47,489 nucleotides of DNA from Desulfuromonas sp. (GTDB lineage Bacteria > Desulfobacterota > Desulfuromonadia > Desulfuromonadales > BM515), in NCBI GenBank assembly GCA_002869635.1, contig PKUF01000136.1, positions 1-47,489 on the forward strand, in the 5' to 3' direction. Position 1 is the stretch's first letter, and each line of letters opens with the position of its first letter. Below are positions 1-9,578 of this stretch, one piece after another. The notes below the pieces were generated by a model that had not been told where the DNA came from, did not search any database, and was given only the letters and a program-made list of their open reading frames with translations. The translations under genes and the position numbers were made by a program.

Positions 1-126
1 CTCATCCATCGCGGGCAAATAGAGGCCCCAAAAAAAACCTGCGACCACCAACACGACAACAGCAAGCAAAATCAAGCCTCGCTGCCATGCAGGAAGCTTT
101 AAAATTTTTTCAACGTTCGGATTCAT
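1..126 (-). CDS. pilO: Type IV pilus alignment protein PilO (5' part, runs off window)
   Basis: Translated by hand from ATG at 126: MNPNVEKILKLPAWQRGLILLAVVVLVVAGFFWGLYLPAMDE (short cytoplasmic N-terminus plus TM helix); directly downstream of pilN. Confidence 0.8.
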   Translation of the reverse strand, partial: MNPNVEKILKLPAWQRGLILLAVVVLVVAGFFWGLYLPAMDE

Positions 127-147
127 CAGACCCCTACTTAATGAATT

Positions 148-702
148 TTACATATCCGTTGGTGGCGTCTCGGTAAGGCAGCCGACATCAAACTTCTGCA
201 GTTTCAACGCTCCCCGATCCTGTTGCTCAATGACCAGAAGCTCAACATCTCGGTAGTAAGGGGAAGACTCTAAATTCTGCAAAAATTCTGCGACGGAGGG
301 CTCATCGTGCGCCATACCACTGATTGCAACCCTGCCCCCTCCCTCGGAGAAACTGACAATCCAAGCCTTTTCCGGCAAAGCCTGGCTCAACTCATCCAGC
401 AGATGAACTGGTCCAGCCTTTCCCATCTTCAACTGGTCCAGCACATCCAGTTTACTGCGAAGTTCTTTTTGCAACTTTTTAAACTGATCGACTTCGCCAA
501 TGGTTCGGCGAAGCTGGTTAATCTCTGCTTCTTTTGCCGAGATTTCGTCATTGACGGCCGAAATTTTCCCCTGAAGAGACGCATAGGCTCCCGAGCAAAC
601 GACAATAACGACCCCGACCACCACAGCCAAAAGGACCAACTGCTCAATCAACTTTTCTTTCTTTTGAGCCGCCTTGACGGGGAGCAGATTAATCCGGATC
701 AT
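148..702 (-). CDS. pilN: Type IV pilus alignment protein PilN
   Basis: N-terminal INLLP motif, TM helix, coiled coil; ATGA overlap with pilM. Confidence 0.93.
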   Translation of the reverse strand: MIRINLLPVKAAQKKEKLIEQLVLLAVVVGVVIVVCSGAYASLQGKISAVNDEISAKEAEINQLRRTIGEVDQFKKLQKELRSKLDVLDQLKMGKAGPVHLLDELSQALPEKAWIVSFSEGGGRVAISGMAHDEPSVAEFLQNLESSPYYRDVELLVIEQQDRGALKLQKFDVGCLTETPPTDM

Positions 703-1754
703 TTGTCACCCACCCTTCTCATAGCAAGGCCTATCGCGACTGAAAAAAGTGGGCCCACTCCTTTGAGTTCCTCGGGATCAAACGACTTTGAATCAACGGC
801 GATCCCTTGGAAAGGGTCAAGCTTTTCTACGGGAAGTTCCAAACGAGCAGAGAGGGCCTCACAAAGCCCCACCATAAGGGAGACTCCACCTGTCACATAA
901 ACCTGCTGCACCCGCTCATCAGCCGATGTTGCTGCAAAGAAATCAAGCGACCGCTGTACTTCTTGGCAAAGGCTCTCCAAAGAGTCTTGCAGAATCTCTT
1001 GAACAAGATCGGGATCACTTCCTGATTCTGACGAGATAGCGATCTGCTCAGCCTCTTCTCGATCAAGCCCCGCGCGCTTTTGCAACTCCTCAACAACCAA
1101 ATTCCCGCCGATTTGAATGTCGCGCGTAAAAACAGCCGAACCGTTGCGCACAATGTTGACATTGATTGCACTTGCACCAAGGTTAATGAGAGCGACGAGT
1201 GTCTCCTCCGAGGCTCCATAACTGACCTCAAAAGCATTTTCTACCGCAAAACAGTCTATATCCATGACAACGGGATTCAAACCACACTCACTCAGTACAG
1301 CAACCTGATCACTTACATGATCCTTTTTTGCCGCAACCAAAATGACATTCATCTGCGAAGGATCTTTTTCATCCGTTCCAACAATCTGAAAGTCCAGATT
1401 AACTTCAGAAATTTCAAATGGTATATACTGCTCTGCTTCAAACTGGATTGACGTCTCCAACTCCTCTTCCGTCATGGTCGGAACCTGGATTTTACGAATA
1501 ATCACAGAATGGCCAGAAACGGATGTGGCGACCCCCTTCGCCTTGACTTTCTGTTCCTCCAACAATGTCCGAATCGCGTCGACAACCGCCGTTGAATCCA
1601 TAATTGCGTTATCAACGATGGCCTCTGACGGAAGACGTTCCATCCCCATATTTTGGAGTTGATATCCGCCCTTATGCTCACGCAACCGAATGAGCTTTAC
1701 CGCATACGACCCGATATCGATTCCGACAATATCTTTCTTCTTTTTGAATAGCAT
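699..1754 (-). CDS. pilM: Type IV pilus assembly actin-like protein PilM
   Basis: VGIDIGS phosphate-1 motif, EAEQYIPF, VTGG, GLAMR C-terminus; start moved to ATG 1754 (MLFKKKKDIVGIDIG). Confidence 0.95.
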   Translation of the reverse strand: MLFKKKKDIVGIDIGSYAVKLIRLREHKGGYQLQNMGMERLPSEAIVDNAIMDSTAVVDAIRTLLEEQKVKAKGVATSVSGHSVIIRKIQVPTMTEEELETSIQFEAEQYIPFEISEVNLDFQIVGTDEKDPSQMNVILVAAKKDHVSDQVAVLSECGLNPVVMDIDCFAVENAFEVSYGASEETLVALINLGASAINVNIVRNGSAVFTRDIQIGGNLVVEELQKRAGLDREEAEQIAISSESGSDPDLVQEILQDSLESLCQEVQRSLDFFAATSADERVQQVYVTGGVSLMVGLCEALSARLELPVEKLDPFQGIAVDSKSFDPEELKGVGPLFSVAIGLAMRRVGDK

Positions 1755-1794
1755 CAGTACGTGTCCCGAAAAGTGAATATACCAGAGGGCGAGC

Positions 1795-1810
1795 AGCAAA
1801 TTCTACGCCA
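1795..1810 (-). promoter_or_regulatory. Putative sigma54 (-24/-12) promoter of pilMNO
   Basis: TGGCGTAGAATTTGCT on minus strand, GG-N10-GC, about 40 bp upstream of the pilM ATG. Confidence 0.65.
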
Positions 1811-1821
1811 CCTCCTAAAAG

Positions 1822-2016
1822 TTATTCACAAAACACCTTATCCTTCTCTTCCAGTCGGTAGCCAAGCGCGAGAATAATCTTTCGCTTCGTCGTCAAACGA
1901 CAATTCTCGCCCCTCTCAATTCGATCAACCGTCAACGGCGAAATGCCAGCTTTACGCGCCAGCTCAGCCTTGCTCATCAACAAGGACTCTCGGATTTTTC
2001 TAACCTTATTTTGCAC
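1822..2016 (-). CDS. Small XRE-family helix-turn-helix regulator
   Basis: 64 aa, IRESLLMSKAELARKAGISPLTVDRIERG is an XRE HTH pattern; GTG start. Confidence 0.88.
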   Translation of the reverse strand: MQNKVRKIRESLLMSKAELARKAGISPLTVDRIERGENCRLTTKRKIILALGYRLEEKDKVFCE

Positions 2017-2038
2017 TATGTTAACCCTAATTTTATTG

Positions 2039-2077
2039 AATTAGGCCTAATTATATGGAAGTTATAGGTTGTGTCAA
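2039..2077 (-). promoter_or_regulatory. Sigma70 promoter with overlapping 14-bp palindromic operator candidate
   Basis: TTGACA (2072-2077)-N16-TATAAT (2050-2055); perfect palindrome AATTAGGCCTAATT at 2039-2052. Confidence 0.7.
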
Positions 2078-2105
2078 GACGATTTTCACCTAAGAGGCGG
2101 CCCTT

Positions 2106-2882
2106 TCACCCCAAGAAACGCCAGTACGTTGCAACGACAAGATCTGCATACAACAACCATACAAGCGCCGCTGACGCCAAGAAAGGACCAAAGGGAAGCG
2201 CAAAGCCTCCCCTTCCCCCCTTAATTAACATTAGCGGGATTCCGACAAGGCTCCCCAAAAGAGAACTCATAAAAACAACGGGCAAAACAGCTTTCCACCC
2301 CAGAAAAGCCCCGATCATAGCCAAGAACTTGATATCGCCGCCCCCCATACCTTCGCGCCCTGTAAGGAGTTCGTATCCCCACGCAACCAGCAGAAGACTA
2401 CCTCCTCCAACGACAATCCCAACCAGAGAGCCAAGCCACGAAACCCAAGGGACAAAAAAACTCAAACAAAAACCGACAAGAATTCCCGGCAGACTGATCA
2501 CATCAGGAATGATCTGGTGGTCCAAGTCAATGAACATTATTGTCACCAGCGATGCGGCAAATAGCCAGTACGCAAGGGTCGCAACAGAAACCCCATATTG
2601 ATCAAGAACAAGAGCAAATAAAACTCCCGTCAAAGCCTCAATCGCAGGATAACGCCAAGAGATGGGGACATGACACGAACCACACTTTCCGCGCAGAAGT
2701 AAAAAACTCAGGATCGGGATGTTTTGGTACCAACGAATCGCCTGACCACAACGAGGACAGCGTGAAGCAGGAGAGACAATTGACTCCCCAGCAGGGATGC
2801 GATAGATACAAACATTTAAAAAGGAACCGATCACGGCCCCAAGAACAAAGGCAAACAGCAAGGCCTTGACGTAGAGAGACAT
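2106..2882 (-). CDS. pilD: Prepilin peptidase/N-methyltransferase PilD
   Basis: GSFLNVCIYRIP, two CxxC pairs (CPRC, CGSC), catalytic Asp motifs FIDLDHQIIPD and GMGGGDIK, PFGPFL. Confidence 0.97.
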   Translation of the reverse strand: MSLYVKALLFAFVLGAVIGSFLNVCIYRIPAGESIVSPASRCPRCGQAIRWYQNIPILSFLLLRGKCGSCHVPISWRYPAIEALTGVLFALVLDQYGVSVATLAYWLFAASLVTIMFIDLDHQIIPDVISLPGILVGFCLSFFVPWVSWLGSLVGIVVGGGSLLLVAWGYELLTGREGMGGGDIKFLAMIGAFLGWKAVLPVVFMSSLLGSLVGIPLMLIKGGRGGFALPFGPFLASAALVWLLYADLVVATYWRFLG

Positions 2883-3978
2883 TACGTCACCTTTCCCTGT
2901 GACGACAGAAGCGTTGTCGCGGCATCATAAACCTCATCAACCGTGATTTCTGAAATACAGCGCCCTTTATCGCGGCATTTTGGTGTATACCCAAAACGTG
3001 TACAGGGTGAGCAGGGGAGACGATGATCCAAAACAATGTGCCTATCTCCGCGTGGCGCCCATTTCTCGGCAATGCCAGGTCCAAACAGCGAAACCGTCGA
3101 GACCCCACACCCCACACCAACATGAAGAATACCCGAGTCCCCCGCTACCAGCAAAACACTCCCAGCAACAACGGCTGCACTTTCAGAGAGCGAACAAAAC
3201 CCAGACAAATTCACGCACCCAGAAGTGGAAGCGATCTTTGCTCCCAGCGCAACGTCATCCCCCCCCCCACAACAACGACCTTCCACCCCTTCTCACTTAA
3301 ACGAGAAGCCAGTGAGGCAAAATTCTCCCATCCCCAACGACGCTCAGAAATACTAGCCCCTGGAAAAAGAACAATGTAAGGTTTACCATTTAGAAAACTC
3401 AGCATTTCAGACGCACACCGCCTTGAGTCCTCAGGAAGAGCGAGAAAGGGCGGTGAAAAGGTTTGCGGAGAAACAATTCCAAGGGGCGACAAAAGATGGA
3501 AGAAACTACCGGCCTCATAGTCATGATGCGAATACGGAACAGGAAAAGAAAAGGCCCGTCTCCTCTTCCCCGTATCAAAACCGATGGTTACTCCTGAGGC
3601 CGCAAACCGAGAAACAATAGCAGATAATGCATGCCACTGTTCTGAATCAATGACAATGTCATATCGACGACATAGCACCCCCCATAGATCAGTAGGCCGG
3701 TCATAACGATAAACATTATCAATAACACGAGTTAAAGAAAATGCCCCTGCATTACGCTTTTCTGCGAGGACATCGATCCTTGCCTCAGGGAAATAATCCC
3801 GCAAAGAACTGAGAGCCGGCACCAACAAGACGGCATCCCCAATCCCACCTGGACGAAGTACCAAAATGCGACGCGCCCCTACGGAAGTCAACCGACGCCC
3901 CCGAGGAGACAAGACGAGCAATGCACCGCCACAAAATCGGTCAAAAAGCTTAAGCAACCGACTTAGCTTCGCACCCAC
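2882..3978 (-). pseudogene. GT9 (heptosyltransferase-like, XapJ-like) glycosyltransferase split by a frameshift at a G10 tract (3259-3268)
   Basis: ORF 3211..3978 has the GT9 N-domain (ILVLRPGGIGDAVL; PGAS..RRW); ORF 2882..3286 has the C-domain (VAGDSGILH, SLFGP, CSPC). One extra G joins them as VVVVGGGDDVALG. Confidence 0.85.
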
Positions 3979-4961
3979 TAAAACCCGTCCTTAAATTTTT
4001 GATAAAATAAACTTGTAATAGGAAGAAGTTCGGCCATGATCTCAGAATCGCTCAAACGAACAAAAGGAACATTATCTTTTCTCTTACCGATAAACCTTGG
4101 AAGCAACACAATCGCGTCAAACTTACCCCGCACGTATGAAAAAAACCTTTTATTCAAGATTGCATAATAAATAAATGCACAGATTTCGTAAAAAAGCCTC
4201 TGAGGAATCTGCCTAAGTATCAATCGCAAAGGAAAGTTTTTCACAAGAGAAAGAAACGTATTACGTGAAAAAAAGTAAACAGACGTACTACTCATTCGCC
4301 CAATAGTTGAATTAACCGCATGGTATACTTTTGCGTCTGGCACATAAAGACACTTCCATCCTCGCAACCAAGCCCTTATATTGAGATCAGTATCTTCATA
4401 GTTTAAAAAAAAGTCATCATCAAAAAAGCCGACATCCTCGATCATTTTTTTCTTATAGAGCGCTGAAGCAGCGCATATCCCGTGCAACTCCAACTGCGAG
4501 TCGTATAAGCCACCATCTTGGCCCTCCCCCACCTTCGTGCCGGTGAACGCGGTTGTAAATCGATCACCAACACTGTCAATGGTGGTGCCCCCTTTAACAA
4601 AAATTCGCGAGCTGCAAAAACCGACTTCTTCACCGGTTTCAATAGCCTCCAGCATGTGGCAAAGCCAATCCGAGTGAAGCTCCGCGTCATTATTGAGAAG
4701 TGCTATGTATTTCCCACGGCAATGATCTAAGCCCGCGTTATTCCCACCAGCAAACCCCCTATTTTCATAAAGTTCGACAACATTCACTTCGGGGAAATTT
4801 GCATGTAGAAACCTGACAGAATCGTCTGACGAACCGTTATCGACAACAATAACTTCAAAAGACTGGCAAGACTGAGCCCTCAAGGACTCTAAACATGATG
4901 GCAGCAAATCCCTACCATTCCAATTGACGATTATAAAACTCACACAAATAACAGGATTCAA
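3978..4961 (-). CDS. GT2 family glycosyltransferase
   Basis: IIVNWNG, VVDNGSSD, GFAGGNN, LLNNDA, YEDTDL motifs. Confidence 0.92.
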   Translation of the reverse strand: MNPVICVSFIIVNWNGRDLLPSCLESLRAQSCQSFEVIVVDNGSSDDSVRFLHANFPEVNVVELYENRGFAGGNNAGLDHCRGKYIALLNNDAELHSDWLCHMLEAIETGEEVGFCSSRIFVKGGTTIDSVGDRFTTAFTGTKVGEGQDGGLYDSQLELHGICAASALYKKKMIEDVGFFDDDFFLNYEDTDLNIRAWLRGWKCLYVPDAKVYHAVNSTIGRMSSTSVYFFSRNTFLSLVKNFPLRLILRQIPQRLFYEICAFIYYAILNKRFFSYVRGKFDAIVLLPRFIGKRKDNVPFVRLSDSEIMAELLPITSLFYQKFKDGF

Positions 4962-4998
4962 CGTTTAGAACTCCGTACAGGCGTACAGTAGAAGGTGT

Positions 4999-5901
4999 TC
5001 ACCTATTGCGAGATGCAAAAGACTCGAATTTCCCCATCTTTCCAATCCTATAATCCCAATAACCCAAGATTATCATTTTAAATTTCGCAAATTTATTTTT
5101 TTCGAAAAAACCAATTGTAAAAAACTCTGCCCAAAAACGACATAAATCAACAAGACAAAATTTACGAAATTCTTTATACTCCCTCGTCACCCAAAAACGG
5201 TTCCGAGTTATATAATAGCGTCTCAATGAGGAGTGGTTAGAAACCTTAAGGGATACAAAACAAAATCTTATTTCCCTTAAGTTTGTTCCTATATTATGAC
5301 GCAGTATCGCAAAATTAGACTGCACAACCCTATAACCTTTCCTCTTCAACCTAAGACAGTATTCATGATCAACAAAATCGATAAAAAGATCTTCTTTAAA
5401 AGTTCCTATGTCTTTGTAAAGAGACAAACGAAGAAGGTTACCAGACGTCCATACAGACTCGACTTCCTCATACTTAGGGAGTGAAGAATCGGGAGCGTTC
5501 ACAATGGAGGTCAAGTGAAAAGGTGAGACGATTGCGAGGGAGTCATCCTCCAGAGCAATATAACCCTCTTTCAACGTCGCAACCATCACAGAAGAGGCGC
5601 AACTATCTTGGTCCATAGTCAAAAGCAGGTCACAACCTCGAAGTATAGCCTCTTGCGCTCCAATATTTAAGGCATTCGCAATTCCCAGATTGGCTCCATT
5701 AACGATAGGAACAACTCTTTCATCTGAAGAGAATTTTTCTATAATAGAAGAACCTGGATTATCAGTATTGTCTACCAATATAACTATATCGACCTGATTA
5801 ATATAAGAATTGATATTGTCATAGACGCTTTCATCAGGAAAATAAAGAACGACAACAGCAGCGACTATATAATCGTATATATCTTTTTTGTCCATTTTCA
5901 C
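4999..5901 (-). CDS. GT2 family glycosyltransferase (rhamnosyltransferase-like)
   Basis: LVDNT, NLGIANALNIG, TMDQDS, LFIDFVDHEYCLR, RRYYITRN. Confidence 0.88.
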   Translation of the reverse strand: MKMDKKDIYDYIVAAVVVLYFPDESVYDNINSYINQVDIVILVDNTDNPGSSIIEKFSSDERVVPIVNGANLGIANALNIGAQEAILRGCDLLLTMDQDSCASSVMVATLKEGYIALEDDSLAIVSPFHLTSIVNAPDSSLPKYEEVESVWTSGNLLRLSLYKDIGTFKEDLFIDFVDHEYCLRLKRKGYRVVQSNFAILRHNIGTNLREIRFCFVSLKVSNHSSLRRYYITRNRFWVTREYKEFRKFCLVDLCRFWAEFFTIGFFEKNKFAKFKMIILGYWDYRIGKMGKFESFASRNR

Positions 5902-5912
5902 CTAAACTATTT

Positions 5913-6659
5913 TCAAAATCTACCCGGAACTCTAAAAAAACCAAACTTAATAAGCCATCTGTTAATAAATCGGCAAAAACGGATTGAAAAAGAATTGTCA
6001 ACGTGGACGCTTTTCAATTTAAAAATATTATTATCACCACGTGGATCACTCGGACCGAGGTTATGTATCTTCAATGACTTTTTCCATGACAAAAAAACCA
6101 GACTCAGTTGATCCCGCTTAACATAGTTGGAATATTCATCCCACCAAAGATCCATAAGGTTTTTCAATTTCTGGTCACTATTATCCCTAATAATAACATT
6201 ATTCTCATACAAACCATCACTGAAAGGAAACCCTTCTCGACTATAGCGCCTCATTTGCCTACTGATCCGCCACAGCCAGTCATGCCCAAGCAGCGAACAT
6301 TCAACCGCTTCCTGGTAGACACAACTTCTGTACGAATGTTGATAAAGAGCTAAAACTGAAACCTTCATTGCCTCAAAAACCAAGTCAGAGACATTCGCCA
6401 TAATCCTAATATTTCCGTCAACATAAAGACTAAATTCATAATCTGGAAACAAGATGTGTGGGTGCATTTTTACATATCTATTATTCAAAGACGGACTTCC
6501 AAAATCTCGAGGAAGAGGCAAATACGCCCACACACTCTCCTGCTTTGGCGGTCGATCTGAAACACAGTAATAATCGACCCCTTCTTCAATCTCAACTGGC
6601 TCCAAAAGTTCATCATAAGAACCTGTTATGCAAGTATAAACGACTATTTTTTTTGTCAT
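5913..6659 (-). CDS. DUF616/TOD1-MUCI70-like glycosyltransferase
   Basis: VVYTCITGSYDEL, KMHPHILFPDY..SLYVDGNI, H..R.CVYQE, RDQLS; start at ATG 6659 (ATGA overlap with asnB stop). Confidence 0.8.
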   Translation of the reverse strand: MTKKIVVYTCITGSYDELLEPVEIEEGVDYYCVSDRPPKQESVWAYLPLPRDFGSPSLNNRYVKMHPHILFPDYEFSLYVDGNIRIMANVSDLVFEAMKVSVLALYQHSYRSCVYQEAVECSLLGHDWLWRISRQMRRYSREGFPFSDGLYENNVIIRDNSDQKLKNLMDLWWDEYSNYVKRDQLSLVFLSWKKSLKIHNLGPSDPRGDNNIFKLKSVHVDNSFSIRFCRFINRWLIKFGFFRVPGRF

Positions 6660-8578
6660 TTCCACCGATTCAACCATGACAAGAATGACAATATTGTCCA
6701 GATAATCAAAGAATAGTCTCCACGGCCTAAACAATGTGACTCATAGATTTTTCTACACTTATCCATATCCAGAAAATGGTCATACTTATCACTCTGCAGT
6801 AAGTCCTTCGACCAGCCAGACAGTCCTCCACGAAGCCAATCTGCCAAAGGCACGCTAAAACCACACTTGGGGCGATCAACGATCGATCTGGGCACATAAC
6901 GATAGAGAACTTCGCGAAGAATTTTTTTTTGGGTTATACCATCAAACAAGTAGGTCCCGGGCAAAGACGATGAAAAATCCAATAATCTATGGTCCAGATA
7001 TGGAGACCTAGACTCTAAACCAACAGACATTGTTGCCCTGTCTACCTTTAGAAGTATATCATCTGGAAGGTATGAAAATTTATCCAACAGCATTGCCATC
7101 TTAATATAGTTTTTCTCCATAGCCAAAGGAAGGTCTCGCTCAAAAACGGTTAAGGGCTCTGAGGCATCCCTTACGATGGCACGAGGATCACGACAAAGGC
7201 TCGCCAAGTGTCCCGCAATTTCAATATTTGTCGAGGACATCAACATAGCGGACCTTAAACTCCACTTAAAATACCCTACAGCCTTAACTTGTGAAGAAAA
7301 AAAACTACAGATATACTTAAAGAGAACAGACCTTTGCACTAGCTCTCGACTAAATTTATGCAAAGGATTGTTCGCATAGGTATCACCATAGACATAGCGT
7401 GGGTAACCACAAAAAATTTCGTCCGCGCCATCTCCCGACAATGAGACCTTAACCTTTTTCCGTGCGAGCCTAGCGACAAGGCATGTTGGCACCTGAGATG
7501 AATCGGCAAAAGGCTCATCGTACACTTCTGGAAGCAACGGGATCGTACCTAGAGCATCACGTTCAGATACAATCATCTCACGATGATCTGTCCCGAGATG
7601 CCCCGCGACCTCTCGAGCATAAGAGGCCTCATCAAAACGAGAATCTTCGAAACCGACTGAAAATGTTTTCACAGGAGCCATTGACTGCTTTTGCATCAAA
7701 GCAACAACGGTACTTGAATCAACCCCCCCCGAAAGAAATGCTCCCAGTGGCACATCGGAGACCATTTGCTCCTTAACTGCTCGAGAAAGTAAATTATCAA
7801 GATCATCAGTGGCTTCATCAAAAGAACCACTGTAAGGATCAGAAAGACCTCTCATTTCTACATCAGCAGCTGACCAGTAAGAAGCAATTTCTTGCTTGCA
7901 ATTTTCCGGATTAAGCGGGATATATTCGCCATTTGCTAAGCGAAGAGAAAGAACGCTACCAGGCTGTAGTTTATAAGTATTTTTATAAATACAGTACGGT
8001 GAAGGTATATAACCAAACCTAAAAAGCAAAGAAAGGCTATTTCTATCAATTTCTTTTTCAAAACTAGGATGACCTACAAGGGCCTTAATCTCAGAACCAA
8101 AAACAAAACACCCTTTATGCCAGCCATAATAAAGTGGTTTTTCTCCAAAGCGGTCACGGGCCAACTTAAGGGTGTTATTTTTGCGGTCCCACAACGCAAG
8201 GGCAAACATTCCAACACATTTGCCCAAAGAAACCTCTAGACCAAAATCCTCTATAAGGGAAAGAAGGGTTTCCGTGTCAGAATGGCCTATAAAATTTCGA
8301 TTTCGGTGTAACTGTTCTGCCCTCAAGTCGTGATGATTATATATTTCACCATTGTAGACCATGACGTAGCGGCCAGAAGAAGAAAACATAGGTTGATGAC
8401 CGCGTGAAGACAAATCGACAATAGACAACCTCTGGTGACCAAGCGAAATGTAATTTTCTATCCATACACCACTATCGTCTGGCCCCCGATGGTATATGGT
8501 GTTAAGCATATTAGTTGTGATATTTTTAAATAAATCTCGATCTTCACCATTATCAATAAATCCTACAATACCACACAT
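6656..8578 (-). CDS. asnB: Asparagine synthase (glutamine-hydrolysing)-family amidotransferase
   Basis: N-terminal MCGI, HRGPD, RLSIVDLS, YNGEIYN, RDRFGEKPLYY, LSGGVDSS, SGDGADE; location in a glycan cluster suggests sugar amidation. Confidence 0.93.
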   Translation of the reverse strand: MCGIVGFIDNGEDRDLFKNITTNMLNTIYHRGPDDSGVWIENYISLGHQRLSIVDLSSRGHQPMFSSSGRYVMVYNGEIYNHHDLRAEQLHRNRNFIGHSDTETLLSLIEDFGLEVSLGKCVGMFALALWDRKNNTLKLARDRFGEKPLYYGWHKGCFVFGSEIKALVGHPSFEKEIDRNSLSLLFRFGYIPSPYCIYKNTYKLQPGSVLSLRLANGEYIPLNPENCKQEIASYWSAADVEMRGLSDPYSGSFDEATDDLDNLLSRAVKEQMVSDVPLGAFLSGGVDSSTVVALMQKQSMAPVKTFSVGFEDSRFDEASYAREVAGHLGTDHREMIVSERDALGTIPLLPEVYDEPFADSSQVPTCLVARLARKKVKVSLSGDGADEIFCGYPRYVYGDTYANNPLHKFSRELVQRSVLFKYICSFFSSQVKAVGYFKWSLRSAMLMSSTNIEIAGHLASLCRDPRAIVRDASEPLTVFERDLPLAMEKNYIKMAMLLDKFSYLPDDILLKVDRATMSVGLESRSPYLDHRLLDFSSSLPGTYLFDGITQKKILREVLYRYVPRSIVDRPKCGFSVPLADWLRGGLSGWSKDLLQSDKYDHFLDMDKCRKIYESHCLGRGDYSLIIWTILSFLSWLNRWK

Positions 8579-8633
8579 ATAAAAATTATAATGATCTATA
8601 AAAAATCATTTATCTCCAGTTATTCACTAAGAA

Positions 8634-9536
8634 TCAGAAACGATATACTTTTTTAGCTAATTTCACTCTATCTTTCTTATAGAGATCAAACAAAGTAAAC
8701 CTTCTATCCACATCTGTCTTCTTCAAAAATACACCAAATTGATTCCCATACACAGGTGTAATCCTAACCACTTCAAGCTCGACAAGACCCAACAAAAACA
8801 ATTCCACCATCAAAAGTCTAAATGAGTCTGGAGTAAAAGCCCATGCATGCACATCTTTATAGTTTGATTCAGGAGATTCTGCCTCAATGAGAGAGCCATA
8901 AGCAAAACCCATATCATACGTAAAAAAAACATCCCTCAAATCAGATTCAAAGATTTTACGTCCTGGATTAATATTTATACTTTGAGATAGGGCTTCATAA
9001 ACCTGCTTTCCCTGATGGACCGTTTTTTTGATTTGATGACGAGAAACAACATCTGATGTAACCGTAGGGAACCTGAAACGATCAAAACAGGATCCCATAT
9101 CAGGCACAATCAAAACAGCATTACCACTATCCTTAAGTGAATTTTCTATAGACGTGAAGAAACAGACAAGGTCTAACTGATGTTCAATAACATGAGAACT
9201 ATATATAAAATCAAAAAGCAAACCATCTGGTATAATTTCGCTAAATGACTTTGACTTTAAGATAAAGTCTACTTCTTGTATATTACCAACCATACCTGAT
9301 ACGCTACCATCTTTACCATATTTATTCTTAAGCGATTCCTTGCTACAGTGATCCATATGGTAAACATTTTTGTACTCACTCTTTAAAAATCTTGGATTAT
9401 ACCCACCACCAATCTCTAAAATAATGGATTCCTTTTTCAAATTAGACAAAAAAAAGTCCACACAAATCCATCTAAAAACAAGATAGTGTGCACGAAAGGA
9501 TATATCCAAAATGTATTTCAAAAAAAAACGTATCAT
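8634..9536 (-). CDS. Class I SAM-dependent methyltransferase
   Basis: ILEIGGG motif I, FDFIYSSHVIEH; exact start uncertain. Confidence 0.75.
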   Translation of the reverse strand: MIRFFLKYILDISFRAHYLVFRWICVDFFLSNLKKESIILEIGGGYNPRFLKSEYKNVYHMDHCSKESLKNKYGKDGSVSGMVGNIQEVDFILKSKSFSEIIPDGLLFDFIYSSHVIEHQLDLVCFFTSIENSLKDSGNAVLIVPDMGSCFDRFRFPTVTSDVVSRHQIKKTVHQGKQVYEALSQSININPGRKIFESDLRDVFFTYDMGFAYGSLIEAESPESNYKDVHAWAFTPDSFRLLMVELFLLGLVELEVVRITPVYGNQFGVFLKKTDVDRRFTLFDLYKKDRVKLAKKVYRF

Positions 9537-9578
9537 AAATATATAATCTTCACAGAGATGATAAAATTCATAAAAATT

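Noticed and set aside
2882-3286. Independent 134-aa gene
   Set aside because: It is the C-terminal half of the frameshifted GT9
6656-8578. asnB as a lasso-peptide cyclase or housekeeping Asn synthetase
   Set aside because: Intact N-terminal Cys glutaminase domain, no precursor peptide or B protein, embedded among glycosyltransferases
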